Assembly (NCBI GenBank): GCA_964433495.1
Contig: CAYSRC010000003.1
Coordinates: forward strand, 10,054-74,053
Direction of reading: 5' to 3'
DNA: 64,000 nt
From: an uncultured Oscillospiraceae bacterium
Lineage (GTDB): Bacteria > Bacillota > Clostridia > Oscillospirales > Ruminococcaceae
In this document: piece by piece, positions 32,244 to 41,339 of the stretch
How positions within the stretch are numbered: the first letter of the stretch is position 1
Layout: each line of letters begins with the position of its first letter
Notes under the pieces: generated by a model
What the model saw: only the letters and a program-made list of their open reading frames with translations
What the model was told of the DNA's origin: nothing
The model's database searches: none
Position numbers and translations under genes: made by a program

Positions 32244-32261
32244 GAAAGGAGGAAGACGACA

Positions 32262-33260
32262 ATGGCAAATTTTGAAGGCAAAGAGAGAAGAATGGCCAAG
32301 ATAGACGCTTTCCTCAAGGAAAACGGCTTTGAGTCGATGGAGGCGTGCCGCGAGCTCGCGCTCTCGAAGGGCATCGACGTCGAAAAGATTGTCAAGGGCG
32401 TGCAGCCCATCGCGTTTGAAAACGCCGTTTGGGCGTACACGCTGGGCGTCGCGCTCGCGCTCAAGAGGGGCGCGGACAAGGCCGACAAGGCCGCCGAGGT
32501 CATCGGCGAGGGCCTTGAGGCCTTCTGCATCCCGGGCTCGGTCGCCGAGCAGCGCAACGTCGGCCGCGGGCACGGCAACCTCGGCGCGATGCTTCTGCGC
32601 GAGGAGACCGACTGCTTCTGCTTCCTCGCGGGGCACGAGTCGTTCGCTGCGGCCGAGGGCGCGATAGGCATCGCGAGAACCGCCAACAAGGCGAGGACGA
32701 AGCCCCTTCGCGTCATCCTCAACGGGCTCGGCAAGGACGCGGCATATATCATCTCCCGCATCAACGGCTTCACCTATGTCGAGACCGACTTCGACTTCCT
32801 CACGGGCGAGGTCAAGATTGTGCGCGAGGTTAAGTTCTCGGACGGCGAGCGCGCGGCGGTTCGCTGCTACGGCGCAAACGACGTGCTCGAGGGCGTCGCA
32901 ATCATGAAGCTCGAGCGCGTCGACGTGTCCATAACCGGCAACTCGACCAACCCCACCCGCTTCCAGCACCTCGTCGCCGGCACCTACAAAAAGTGGGCCA
33001 ACGAGAACGGCGTCAAGTACTTCTCGGTCGCGTCGGGCGGCGGCACCGGCCGCACGCTTCACCCCGACAATGTCGCCGCAGGCCCCGCATCCTACGGCCT
33101 CACCGACTCGATGGGCCGTATGCACGGCGACGCGCAGTTCGCGGGCTCGTCCTCTGTCCCTGCGCACGTCGAGATGATGGGCCTTATCGGCGCGGGCAAC
33201 AACCCCATGGTCGGCATGACCGTCGCGTGCGCCGTCGCGGTCAGCGAGGCGCTGAGGTAA
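32262..33260 (+). CDS. GGGtGRT-family protein (uncharacterised)
   Basis: The literal motif ..VASGGGTGRTLHPDN.. is present in the translation. 332 aa, which fits the family size. 18 nt after the previous gene. Confidence 0.75.
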   Translation: MANFEGKERRMAKIDAFLKENGFESMEACRELALSKGIDVEKIVKGVQPIAFENAVWAYTLGVALALKRGADKADKAAEVIGEGLEAFCIPGSVAEQRNVGRGHGNLGAMLLREETDCFCFLAGHESFAAAEGAIGIARTANKARTKPLRVILNGLGKDAAYIISRINGFTYVETDFDFLTGEVKIVREVKFSDGERAAVRCYGANDVLEGVAIMKLERVDVSITGNSTNPTRFQHLVAGTYKKWANENGVKYFSVASGGGTGRTLHPDNVAAGPASYGLTDSMGRMHGDAQFAGSSSVPAHVEMMGLIGAGNNPMVGMTVACAVAVSEALR

Positions 33261-33311
33261 GGTCTGCGCCGAGCCTTCGGCCGGTTGTTCCGCACAAATC
33301 GCTTTCTTTCG

Positions 33312-33348
33312 AAAAGGGTCGCTTTGCGGCCCTTTTCTTTTTTTCGGT
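33312..33348 (+). terminator. terminator after the GGGtGRT gene
   Basis: AAAAGGGTCGC ttt GCGGCCCTTTT hairpin followed by CTTTTTTT. Confidence 0.75.
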
Positions 33349-33601
33349 TTTGTTATATTATATAAGGGTACGGCGCTTAAGCCTTGAGCGCGCTGAGGGC
33401 CGCCCTTTGGCGGCGCAGACGTCTGCGTCGGGGGGCTCGGCGGACATAGTTCGGCGCAAAGCCGTGCTCTGTTCGGCGCTTTTGCCGTCCGCGCGGTCTT
33501 TGTGCCGAGTGGTTTCGTTTGCTGCGGCGTTCGCGCAAAGATGCCCGAAGGCGGCGGGCGGTTAAAAGAAGGCGACAATAAATTAAGGATAAGGGGACAA
33601 T

Positions 33602-34534
33602 ATGGAAAAGAGAAGGGTTATACTTGACGTCGACACAGGCTCGGACGACGCCGTCGCGATCATTGCGGCGGCCCTATCGGAGGCTGTAGACCTGCGGGCG
33701 GTTTGTACCGTGGCGGGCAACCTGCCTGTTGACAACACCACCGACAACACACTGCGGGTGATGTCGCTGCTGGGCTCGGACATCCCGGTCTACCGCGGCT
33801 GCAACGGCGCGCTGGTCAAGTCGATGACGCGTCCGAAGCACGAGGAGCTTTCGATCCATCCCCGCTCGCTGCCGCTGCCCGAGTCGGACAAAACGGTCGA
33901 AAAGCTCAGCGCGCCGCAGTTTTATGTCGATTATCTCAACGGGGCGAGCGAGCCCGTGACGATTGTCGCGGTGGGGCCGCTCACCAACCTCGCCGTCGCG
34001 CTCATGCTCGACGGCGGCATCGTGAAAAACATCGAGGAAATCGTGATCATGGGGGGCGGCGGCAACGTCTTCAACATGCCCAACGAGTCCGAGTACAACA
34101 TTTGGTTTGACCCCGAGGGGGCCGAAAAGGTCATGCGGTGCGGCGCAAAGATCACGATGGCGCCGCTCGACGCGACCCACAAGGCGCTGATAACCCTTGA
34201 CGACTGCAAGCGCTTTCGCGCCTGCGGCACGCCGTGGGGCGACTTTGCCGCCGAGATGTGCGAGCACAGGATAAGGGTGCACTCGCAGCACGCCGAAAGT
34301 CTTGAGCTGCCCGACTCGGCGCCCGTCCACGACCCGCTGTGCATCGCCTATCTCATCGACCCGACGGTGCTTAAGGATGTGCGGACGCTCAACTGCCGCG
34401 TCGGCTTTGCGGGCGGCGAGGAGGGCAAAACGGTGCTTTCGGACGATAAAGAAGCCAATGTCCGCTTCGCCTTTTCGGCGGACAGGAAAAAGTTTGCCGA
34501 CATCCTGTGCAATCTGTTTGCGAAAAAGGCCTGA
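33602..34534 (+). CDS. nucleoside hydrolase (IUNH family)
   Basis: N-terminal DVDTGSDDAVAI (DxDxxxDD) fingerprint. Confidence 0.85.
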   Translation: MEKRRVILDVDTGSDDAVAIIAAALSEAVDLRAVCTVAGNLPVDNTTDNTLRVMSLLGSDIPVYRGCNGALVKSMTRPKHEELSIHPRSLPLPESDKTVEKLSAPQFYVDYLNGASEPVTIVAVGPLTNLAVALMLDGGIVKNIEEIVIMGGGGNVFNMPNESEYNIWFDPEGAEKVMRCGAKITMAPLDATHKALITLDDCKRFRACGTPWGDFAAEMCEHRIRVHSQHAESLELPDSAPVHDPLCIAYLIDPTVLKDVRTLNCRVGFAGGEEGKTVLSDDKEANVRFAFSADRKKFADILCNLFAKKA

Positions 34535-34576
34535 AACGGCCCGATCGTTTTTGTGATTTGATTTAAGGGGATAGCT

Positions 34577-35722
34577 ATGTTCGAAAAAAAGGACGCGCGC
34601 GGGCTGCTCGCGCAGCTTGTAAGGGCGGACACGACCCAGCCCGAGGGGAACGAGAGAAGGCTCGTCGATTTTATAAAGGCGCGGTATGACGGCAGGGCCG
34701 AGTGCATTGTCGTCGACCACGGCGGCGCGAGGGCGTCGCTTGTCGTCAGGTTCAGCGGACGGGACAGCGGCAGGTGTGTCGCCTTTGCGGGGCACCTCGA
34801 CACCGTGTCGTGCGACCCCGCGGTGTGGAGGCACGACCCCCACGCCGCCGAGGTGGAGGACGGCGTCATGTACGGGCGCGGCTGTGCCGACATGAAGGGG
34901 GGCGTCGCCTCGATGCTTCTCACCGCCGACGCCGTCGCGAGCGGCGAGCTTCGGCCGTTCTGCGACGTGATCTTCTGCTTCACCGCCGACGAGGAGGCGG
35001 GCGGCATGGGCGCGGGGGCGCTCTGCACCCACCCGGCGCTGAAGGGGGTCGACGCGCTGTTTATCTGCGAGCCGTCGGCAGGGGGGCTCGGCATATGCGA
35101 AAAGGGCGCGCTGTGGCTGCGCGTCAGCGCAAAGGGGCGCTCGTGCCACGCCTCAAGGCCCGACCTCGGCGTCAACGCCGCCGAGGCGCTCGTGTCATTT
35201 TGGGGCGCCTTTTCGACCGCTGTCGACAGGGCTGAGGACCCGCGGCTCGGCGGATCAAGCGTCTGCCTGACGCGGATGTCGGGCGGCGCCCTTACAAATG
35301 TCGTCCCCGAGGACGCCTTTATCGAGGCGGACATCAGGACAGTCCCGAGCCAGAACCACGACGCCATCCTTGCAATCGCCCGCGGCGCTGCCTCGGATAT
35401 CGAGAGGCTGTATCCCGGCTGCAAGCTCGGGATCTCGGTGCTCAACAACCGCCCCGCGGTGGGCACCTCTCCCGAGCACCCGTTTGTGCGCTCGGTGTCC
35501 CGTGCGATACGGGGCGCAGGGTTCGACATGCCCCTTCGCGGCCTTCACTTTTACACCGACGCCTCCCAGCTCGTGCCGGCGCTCGGTGTGCCGTTTGTCA
35601 TCCTGGGGCCGGGGGACGACGCGCTCGCCCACACCGTCGACGAGCACATCGAGCTCGACGAGGTGGGCAGGTTCGCTGAAATCTACGCCGGTTTTTTAGG
35701 GGCCGAAAGCGATCTTGCCTGA
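34577..35722 (+). CDS. M20-family metallopeptidase (ArgE/DapE/ACY1 type)
   Basis: ..FAGHLDTV.., ..GRGCADMKGG.., ..ADEEAGG.. metal-site motifs. Confidence 0.8.
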   Translation: MFEKKDARGLLAQLVRADTTQPEGNERRLVDFIKARYDGRAECIVVDHGGARASLVVRFSGRDSGRCVAFAGHLDTVSCDPAVWRHDPHAAEVEDGVMYGRGCADMKGGVASMLLTADAVASGELRPFCDVIFCFTADEEAGGMGAGALCTHPALKGVDALFICEPSAGGLGICEKGALWLRVSAKGRSCHASRPDLGVNAAEALVSFWGAFSTAVDRAEDPRLGGSSVCLTRMSGGALTNVVPEDAFIEADIRTVPSQNHDAILAIARGAASDIERLYPGCKLGISVLNNRPAVGTSPEHPFVRSVSRAIRGAGFDMPLRGLHFYTDASQLVPALGVPFVILGPGDDALAHTVDEHIELDEVGRFAEIYAGFLGAESDLA

Positions 35723-35745
35723 AGCCCCGCGGAAAGGATCAAAAA

Positions 35746-36570
35746 ATGCTTGCAGACCTTCACAACCACACAAACGCAAGCGACGCCTTTTTGACAAGGG
35801 CCGAGCTGCTCGAGACGGCAAAGGCCCAGGGCGTCGACTGCATTGCGGTGACCGACCACGACACCATGAAAAACAGCTTTGTCTCGGCGGACGACCCCGT
35901 AAGGGTCATTGAGGGGTGCGAGCTGTCCACCGAGACAGGGGACGGGCTGCTCGTGCACGTTTTGTGCTATCTCCCCGCGCGCAGGGACGGGCTCGAGGCG
36001 TACTTCGCGCTCATGCACAAGCGGCGCGGCGACGCGGGCGAGGTCATGCTCGAGCGGGTGCACAGGCTCTATCCCGTGGTGACGCGCGAGCGGGTGATGC
36101 GGTACAGCCGGGTAAGCGGGGTCATCCACAAGCAGGATATCATGAACGTGCTTGTCGATTTCGGCTATGCCGACGGGGTATACGGCGCGCTCTACCGCGA
36201 GCTGTTCAGCCGCTCGTCGGGGAGCTGCATCGAAAGGTTTAAATACGGGGACACCGAAGAGGTGATCGACATGGCGAGGTCGTCGGGCGGCGTCGTCGTG
36301 ATTGCCCACGCGGGCGAATCCCATGCGGTCGGGCTTGTTGAGGACTGTGCAAGGCGCGGCGTGATAGACGGCGCCGAGGTCATGCACCCGCGAAACAGCG
36401 AGGCCGACAGGCGGGCGCTTGAGGACATCTGCGACCGATACGGTCTCATCAGGACGGGCGGGTCGGATTTTCACGGCAGAAACAACTCGCGCACCGTCGT
36501 GCCCGGCTGCTGCTATACCGAAGAGGAGCAGCTCGAAAAGCTGCTTGCACTGAGCGAAAAAAGGAGATAA
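35746..36570 (+). CDS. PHP-domain metal-dependent phosphoesterase
   Basis: N-terminal DLHNHTNASD and C-terminal ..GGSDFHG... Confidence 0.8.
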   Translation: MLADLHNHTNASDAFLTRAELLETAKAQGVDCIAVTDHDTMKNSFVSADDPVRVIEGCELSTETGDGLLVHVLCYLPARRDGLEAYFALMHKRRGDAGEVMLERVHRLYPVVTRERVMRYSRVSGVIHKQDIMNVLVDFGYADGVYGALYRELFSRSSGSCIERFKYGDTEEVIDMARSSGGVVVIAHAGESHAVGLVEDCARRGVIDGAEVMHPRNSEADRRALEDICDRYGLIRTGGSDFHGRNNSRTVVPGCCYTEEEQLEKLLALSEKRR

Positions 36571-36576
36571 ACAGGG

Positions 36577-36828
36577 ATGGTTTACACGAGAAAAAATCAG
36601 GGAACGTGCTCGAGCTCCACAACGGTCGAACTCGAAAACGGCATCATCAAGGAGATAAGCGTCGCAGGCGGCTGCAACGGCAACCTCAAGGGGATATGCA
36701 GCCTGCTCAAGGGTGCAAGCGCCGAGGAGGCGATCGCCCGCATGCAGGGGATAAGGTGCGGCCTCAAAAAGACGTCCTGCCCCGACCAGATTGCGTTGGC
36801 GCTCAAGGAGGCGCTCGAGCGGCAGTAA
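36577..36828 (+). CDS. small TSCPD-domain protein (uncharacterised)
   Basis: 83 aa containing ..KKTSCPDQIA.. and ..GGCNGNLKG... Confidence 0.7.
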   Translation: MVYTRKNQGTCSSSTTVELENGIIKEISVAGGCNGNLKGICSLLKGASAEEAIARMQGIRCGLKKTSCPDQIALALKEALERQ

Positions 36829-36934
36829 TCCCGTTCGGGCCGCAGGTGAAGCGAGAAGGATATTTTCCCGCTCCGCGTGCATTTGCGCGGTTTCACGCTT
36901 GCACTTTACACCGCGGGAAAGGAGATTGTCAGAC

Positions 36935-37450
36935 ATGAGAACAACGCCTATTGAGACCGAGAGGCTGTATCTGAGGGGCTTTACAAAGGACGACGCCCTG
37001 TGGGCCTATCACATTTGGAACGACCCCGAAATGGGGAGATACCTTCCCGATGAAGCGAAAGAGGACGTCGACCCGGAATATCTTAAAGTGCTTGAAGTCC
37101 TCGGCGACGACGATGAATGCACCTATCTTATCCCCGTGCTCAAGGGCTCGGGCGAAAGGGTCGGCACGTGCAGTTATATGGTGAGCGCCGACGGAAAAAC
37201 CTATGACATCGCCTACTGTATCCACAAGGACTTTTGGAACAGGGGCTTTGCTACAGAGGCCGCGCTCGGCATGATCGACCGCGCCCGTCAAAGCGGGGCG
37301 AAAAGGGTCACAATCGCGGTCAGCCGCGACAACGCCCCGTCCAACTGCGTTGCGCAGAAATGCGGCGGCAGGGTCGTGAGCAAGCGGGATTATCTCAAAA
37401 AGGGGACCGATGTCCGCATGACCGAGTATATCTATGAGGTCGAGCTTTAA
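36935..37450 (+). CDS. GNAT-family (RimJ/RimL-like) N-acetyltransferase
   Basis: ATG 36935 after AAAGGAGA. ..IETERLYLRGFTKDD.. N-terminus, ..HKDFWNRGFATEA... Confidence 0.8.
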   Translation: MRTTPIETERLYLRGFTKDDALWAYHIWNDPEMGRYLPDEAKEDVDPEYLKVLEVLGDDDECTYLIPVLKGSGERVGTCSYMVSADGKTYDIAYCIHKDFWNRGFATEAALGMIDRARQSGAKRVTIAVSRDNAPSNCVAQKCGGRVVSKRDYLKKGTDVRMTEYIYEVEL

Positions 37451-37529
37451 AGCGGTGCTCGGCCCGCGGGCTTCTTGTCCCGTTTGTTTTTCTTGACTGC
37501 TTTACAGCTGCACCGAAGGGGGGCTGCGC

Positions 37530-38423
37530 GTGGTATCGTTGAGCAAAGAGTTTAAGGCGAGCTGTCTGCCCGAGGTATTTAAGCAGCGATATCCCGAAGC
37601 GGACGGGCCCTCGCTCAAGGTCGCGCTGTATGTGATGTGCAGCGGTGACTGCGAGATAACCGAGATTTCGGAGGGGCTCGGCATCCCGGAGGAGACGGTC
37701 GAGCGGGCGGTGAACTATTGGACCAAGTTAGGGCTGTTTTTGAGCCCCGAGGGCGCGCAGGCCCGCACGGGTGCGATGGTTGCGCGCGCGCCGCTTTCGG
37801 TCGACGATGTCGGCGAGCTCACCCTCAGGAACCCCGAGCTCGAGGTTCTTTTGCAGGAGACGCAGCAGTTTCTCGCGCGGCCCCTCGACAGCCTCGAGAG
37901 CAGGACGCTTGTCGAGACCTATGAATACGACGGCTTTCCCGTCGACGTGATCCTCACGGCGGTAGCGTACTGTGCGCCGCGGGTCAAAAACAGGCGCTCG
38001 GTCGTGCACTTTGCCGCCAAAACCCTCTCGCAGTGGGCGGAAAACGGGGTGAGCGACCTCGATTCGGCCGAGCGGTACATCCATCTTCTCGAGACGAGGG
38101 AGGCCCGCGAGCGCGAGGTGGCCGAGGTTTTGGGGTGCGACGCGCCCTTTACCAAGGCGCAGCGCGGGTACATCGCCGACTGGTACGAGCAGTACGGCTA
38201 CAACGCCGACTTTGTCAAGGAGGTCTTTCTGCGAAGCGGCAGGGACTCGATAAGCTACATAAATTCGGTGCTGAAGAGATGGTACGCGAGCGGGTACCGA
38301 ACCATCCGGGACACACGGGCCGAGCAGACCAACGCGCCCGCCTCGGGACGCGAAAAAAAGAAGGGCGGCAAGCAGCAAAACTCCCTTCTCAAGATGGCAA
38401 TCGCGGCAAATACGGAGGACTGA
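37530..38423 (+). CDS. DnaD/DnaB_2-domain replication initiation protein
   Basis: C-terminal ..DWYEQYGYNADFVKEVFLRSGRDSISYINSVLKRWYASGYRT.. is a DnaD-type motif. Precedes the helicase-loader gene. Confidence 0.7.
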   Translation: MVSLSKEFKASCLPEVFKQRYPEADGPSLKVALYVMCSGDCEITEISEGLGIPEETVERAVNYWTKLGLFLSPEGAQARTGAMVARAPLSVDDVGELTLRNPELEVLLQETQQFLARPLDSLESRTLVETYEYDGFPVDVILTAVAYCAPRVKNRRSVVHFAAKTLSQWAENGVSDLDSAERYIHLLETREAREREVAEVLGCDAPFTKAQRGYIADWYEQYGYNADFVKEVFLRSGRDSISYINSVLKRWYASGYRTIRDTRAEQTNAPASGREKKKGGKQQNSLLKMAIAANTED

Positions 38424-38427
38424 GCAT

Positions 38428-39417
38428 ATGCCCTACAGTGAAAGCGCACGACGGTACGCGTCGGAGCAGCTCGAGCGCCGCAGACGGCGCGCCGAGATAC
38501 TGACCGAGCGCAGGCGGGAAGAGGCGCTGGAAAAGCTGCCCGAGCTGCGAGCGCTGCGGGACAGGATAACCGAACTCGGCATAAGCGCCCTAAAGGCCGT
38601 GGCCTCGGGCGAAACGGGGGCCGGCGAATGCGCCGAGGCACAGATCGCCGAGATACAGGAAAAAATCGCGGGGCTGCTCGGGGCGGCGGGGCTGCCCGAG
38701 GACTCCCTTGAGGACTATCATTTTTGCGCTGACTGCCGCGACACCGGCAGGCTGCTGGGCGGCGGGCAGTGCGCGTGTGCGCGCAGGCTGCTGAGCGAGC
38801 ACGCGCTGAACGCGATAAACGCGGTCTCGCCGCTCAAGCTGTGCTCGTTTGACACCTTCTCGCTGGGGTGGTACTCGAAGGATAAGGACCCTGAGTACGG
38901 CGCGAGCCCTTACAAAACGATGGAGAACAACCTAAAGGTGTGCCGCCGGTTCGCGGACGATTTTCCGTCGTGCGAGTCGGGGCTGCTCATGCTGGGGGAT
39001 GCGGGGCTCGGCAAGACCCACCTCGCACTGAGCGTCGCAAACGAGGTTCTCAAACGCGGGCACGACGTGATCTATTGCAGCGCGCCCTCGGTCTTTAAAG
39101 CCATCGAGAAAGAACAGTTTGAGGGCAGGGACACCTCGACCGCGGACAGCCTCAAGAGCTGCGAGCTTTTGGTGCTCGACGACCTCGGGGCCGAGTTTGT
39201 CAATCCCTTTTTGGTGAGCGCGATATACGACATCGTCAACACAAGACTTGTTTCGGGCCTCAAAACTATTTACACGACCAACCTCACAGACCTCGACAAG
39301 ATTGCGATTCGCTACAGCGAGAAGGTTTCGTCGCGCCTGGTCGGAAGTTGCCGTGTCCTCCCGTTTTTCGGCGACGACGTCAGGCTTGCAAAGAACCGGC
39401 CGGGTGTGGTACAATAA
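38428..39417 (+). CDS. DnaI/DnaC-like AAA+ helicase loader
   Basis: Cys cluster CADCRDTG..CAC and Walker A GDAGLGKTHL, Walker B LLVLDDLG. Confidence 0.75.
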   Translation: MPYSESARRYASEQLERRRRRAEILTERRREEALEKLPELRALRDRITELGISALKAVASGETGAGECAEAQIAEIQEKIAGLLGAAGLPEDSLEDYHFCADCRDTGRLLGGGQCACARRLLSEHALNAINAVSPLKLCSFDTFSLGWYSKDKDPEYGASPYKTMENNLKVCRRFADDFPSCESGLLMLGDAGLGKTHLALSVANEVLKRGHDVIYCSAPSVFKAIEKEQFEGRDTSTADSLKSCELLVLDDLGAEFVNPFLVSAIYDIVNTRLVSGLKTIYTTNLTDLDKIAIRYSEKVSSRLVGSCRVLPFFGDDVRLAKNRPGVVQ

Positions 39418-39470
39418 CGGCGTGAGGTCTTCCGCACGGCGGCGCTGCCTTTTGGCTCGGCCCGTCCGAT

Positions 39471-39795
39471 AAGGAGGGGTCTCATGTACAACGACAACGG
39501 CGCTTAGGGGTGAAAGGATGTTAAAATAACCGTCTTCAGCTTTTGGAACACATCGTCTGCGGACATATGTCTGCGTTATTTGTGTTGTCACAAGAGCCGA
39601 ATGACCGTTGTTTTAGCGCTTTTCCTTGAAGCTGTTTCCTCTGCCTGAGGTTCTGCGTGTCCTTTGCGCGCCTTTGTGACATGTTTGCCGGTTGCAAAAC
39701 CCTGTCCCGGCCCTGCTTTAGGATGCAAACGTCTAAAACCGTCTTCGGCTTCTGTCCGCGGACGGTCTTTTTGTTTGCTTTGAGGAGGTGGGTAC
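39471..39795 (+). promoter_or_regulatory. leader of the ABC-F gene: 7-codon uORF plus terminator/antiterminator-like structures
   Basis: AAGGAGG (39471-39477), 6 nt, then ATG TAC AAC GAC AAC GGC GCT TAG (39484-39507; MYNDNGA). AACCGTCTTC(A/G)GCTT occurs twice (39528, 39737). GUCUGCGGAC (39556-39565) can pair with GUCCGCGGAC (39753-39762). Confidence 0.45.
39735..39775 (+). terminator. terminator-like hairpin immediately upstream of the ABC-F RBS
   Basis: ACCGTC...GACGGT stem with an inner CGG/CCG helix, followed by CTTTTTG. GAGGAGG RBS at 39782. Confidence 0.5.
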
Positions 39796-41331
39796 ATGCT
39801 GTCTGTGAGAAATCTGACTGTTTTTCAAAATAACGACCTGAGAACGATTGTAAAGGATTTGTCCTTTACTCTTGGAAATGGGGACAAAACCGTCGTCATC
39901 GGCGAGGAGGGCAACGGAAAATCGACCCTGCTGAAGCTGATCTATGACCCCCGGCTCGTCGAGAGCTATGCCGAGCACACCGGCACGATCGACCGGGGCG
40001 GCGCACGCATGGGGTACCTTGCGCAGGAGCTGACCGAATACGAAAACCGCCTGTCGGTCTATGAGTTCATGTGTTTAAACGAGACCTTTTGCTCGGCGGC
40101 GCCGCCCGAGCTCGCCCGCGCGTGCAAAAGGGTCGGGATACAGCCCGAGCTTCTCTATTCGGACCGCAGGATAGGCTCGTTCTCGGGCGGTGAACGGGTC
40201 AAGCTGCGCCTTGCGGGGCTGCTTTTAAGCGACCCCGATATCTACCTTTTGGACGAGCCGTCCAACGACCTTGATATCGACGCGCTTGTCCGGCTCGAGC
40301 GGTTCATCAACACCTGCGGCAGGCCGGTGCTGTTTGTGTCCCACGACGAGACGCTCATCGAAAACACCGCGACATCGGTGATCCACATCGAGCGGCTCAA
40401 CAAAAAGCGCGACCCGAGGCACACCGTCTCAAGCCTTGATTATGTGACCTATATGGCCGAGCGGGCCGCGCGCTTTGAGCGCGAGGACAGGCTCGCCTTT
40501 GAGCAGGAGCGCGCGTTCAACAAAAAGATGGAAAAATTCAGGCAGATAAAGAACAAGGTCGAGAATCAACAGAGCTCGATTTCGAGGGGAGACCCCCACG
40601 GGGGAAGGCTGCTCAAAAAGAAGATGCACTCGGTGTTGTCCACCGAAAAGCGGTTTCAAAAGGAAAAGGAGGCGATGACCAAGCACCCCAAGAGCGAGGA
40701 GCATATCCTCGCGCGGTTTGAGGAGGATGTGTCGATCCCCGAGGGAAAAACGGTTGTGGAACTAAAGCCGTTTTGCCTCAAAATCGGCGAGAGAATTCTT
40801 TCGCGGGAGGTGGCCCTGACGGTAAGGGGCCCGCGCAAGGTTTGCATCGTCGGCAAAAACGGGTGCGGCAAAACCACGCTCATCAAACACATCTACGGCG
40901 AAATCGGGGACAGAGGTGACATCAGGGTGGGGTATATGCCGCAAAACTACGGCGACCTGCTCCCGCCCGACCTGACGCCCGTCGATTTTCTGTGCCCCGA
41001 CGGGGACAGCGACGCGCGGGGGCGGGTGCGGACCTTTTTGGGCAGCATGCGCTACACCGCGGAGGAGATGCTGCGGCCCATCAAGGGACTGTCGGGCGGG
41101 CAGAAGGCCAAGCTGTTTTTGCTGCGGATGATTCTTTGCAGCTGTAACTGCCTGCTGCTCGACGAGCCGACGAGGAACTTTTCGCCGCTCTCCAACCCGG
41201 TCGTGCGCGACGTTCTCAAAAGCTTCGGCGGGTGTGTGATAAGCGTGTCCCACGACAGAAAGTTTATTAACGAAGTGTGCGACACCGTACTTGTTCTCGA
41301 TGAAGGGGGGCTTAAGCCGTACACCGCGTAG
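39796..41331 (+). CDS. ABC-F family ATPase (two ABC domains, no TM domain; size and linker in the range of ARE/ribosome-protection ABC-F proteins)
   Basis: Walker A GEEGNGKST and GKNGCGKTT. Signatures FSGGERVKL and LSGGQKAKL. ~100-aa Lys/Arg/Glu-rich interdomain linker. 511 aa. Confidence 0.85.
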   Translation: MLSVRNLTVFQNNDLRTIVKDLSFTLGNGDKTVVIGEEGNGKSTLLKLIYDPRLVESYAEHTGTIDRGGARMGYLAQELTEYENRLSVYEFMCLNETFCSAAPPELARACKRVGIQPELLYSDRRIGSFSGGERVKLRLAGLLLSDPDIYLLDEPSNDLDIDALVRLERFINTCGRPVLFVSHDETLIENTATSVIHIERLNKKRDPRHTVSSLDYVTYMAERAARFEREDRLAFEQERAFNKKMEKFRQIKNKVENQQSSISRGDPHGGRLLKKKMHSVLSTEKRFQKEKEAMTKHPKSEEHILARFEEDVSIPEGKTVVELKPFCLKIGERILSREVALTVRGPRKVCIVGKNGCGKTTLIKHIYGEIGDRGDIRVGYMPQNYGDLLPPDLTPVDFLCPDGDSDARGRVRTFLGSMRYTAEEMLRPIKGLSGGQKAKLFLLRMILCSCNCLLLDEPTRNFSPLSNPVVRDVLKSFGGCVISVSHDRKFINEVCDTVLVLDEGGLKPYTA

Positions 41332-41339
41332 GATGCGCC

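Noticed and set aside
39518-39529. Second mini-ORF (MLK*) in the ABC-F leader
   Set aside because: The AGG of its putative RBS abuts the ATG with no spacing, and it has only 3 codons. The upstream 7-codon uORF has the proper RBS geometry.
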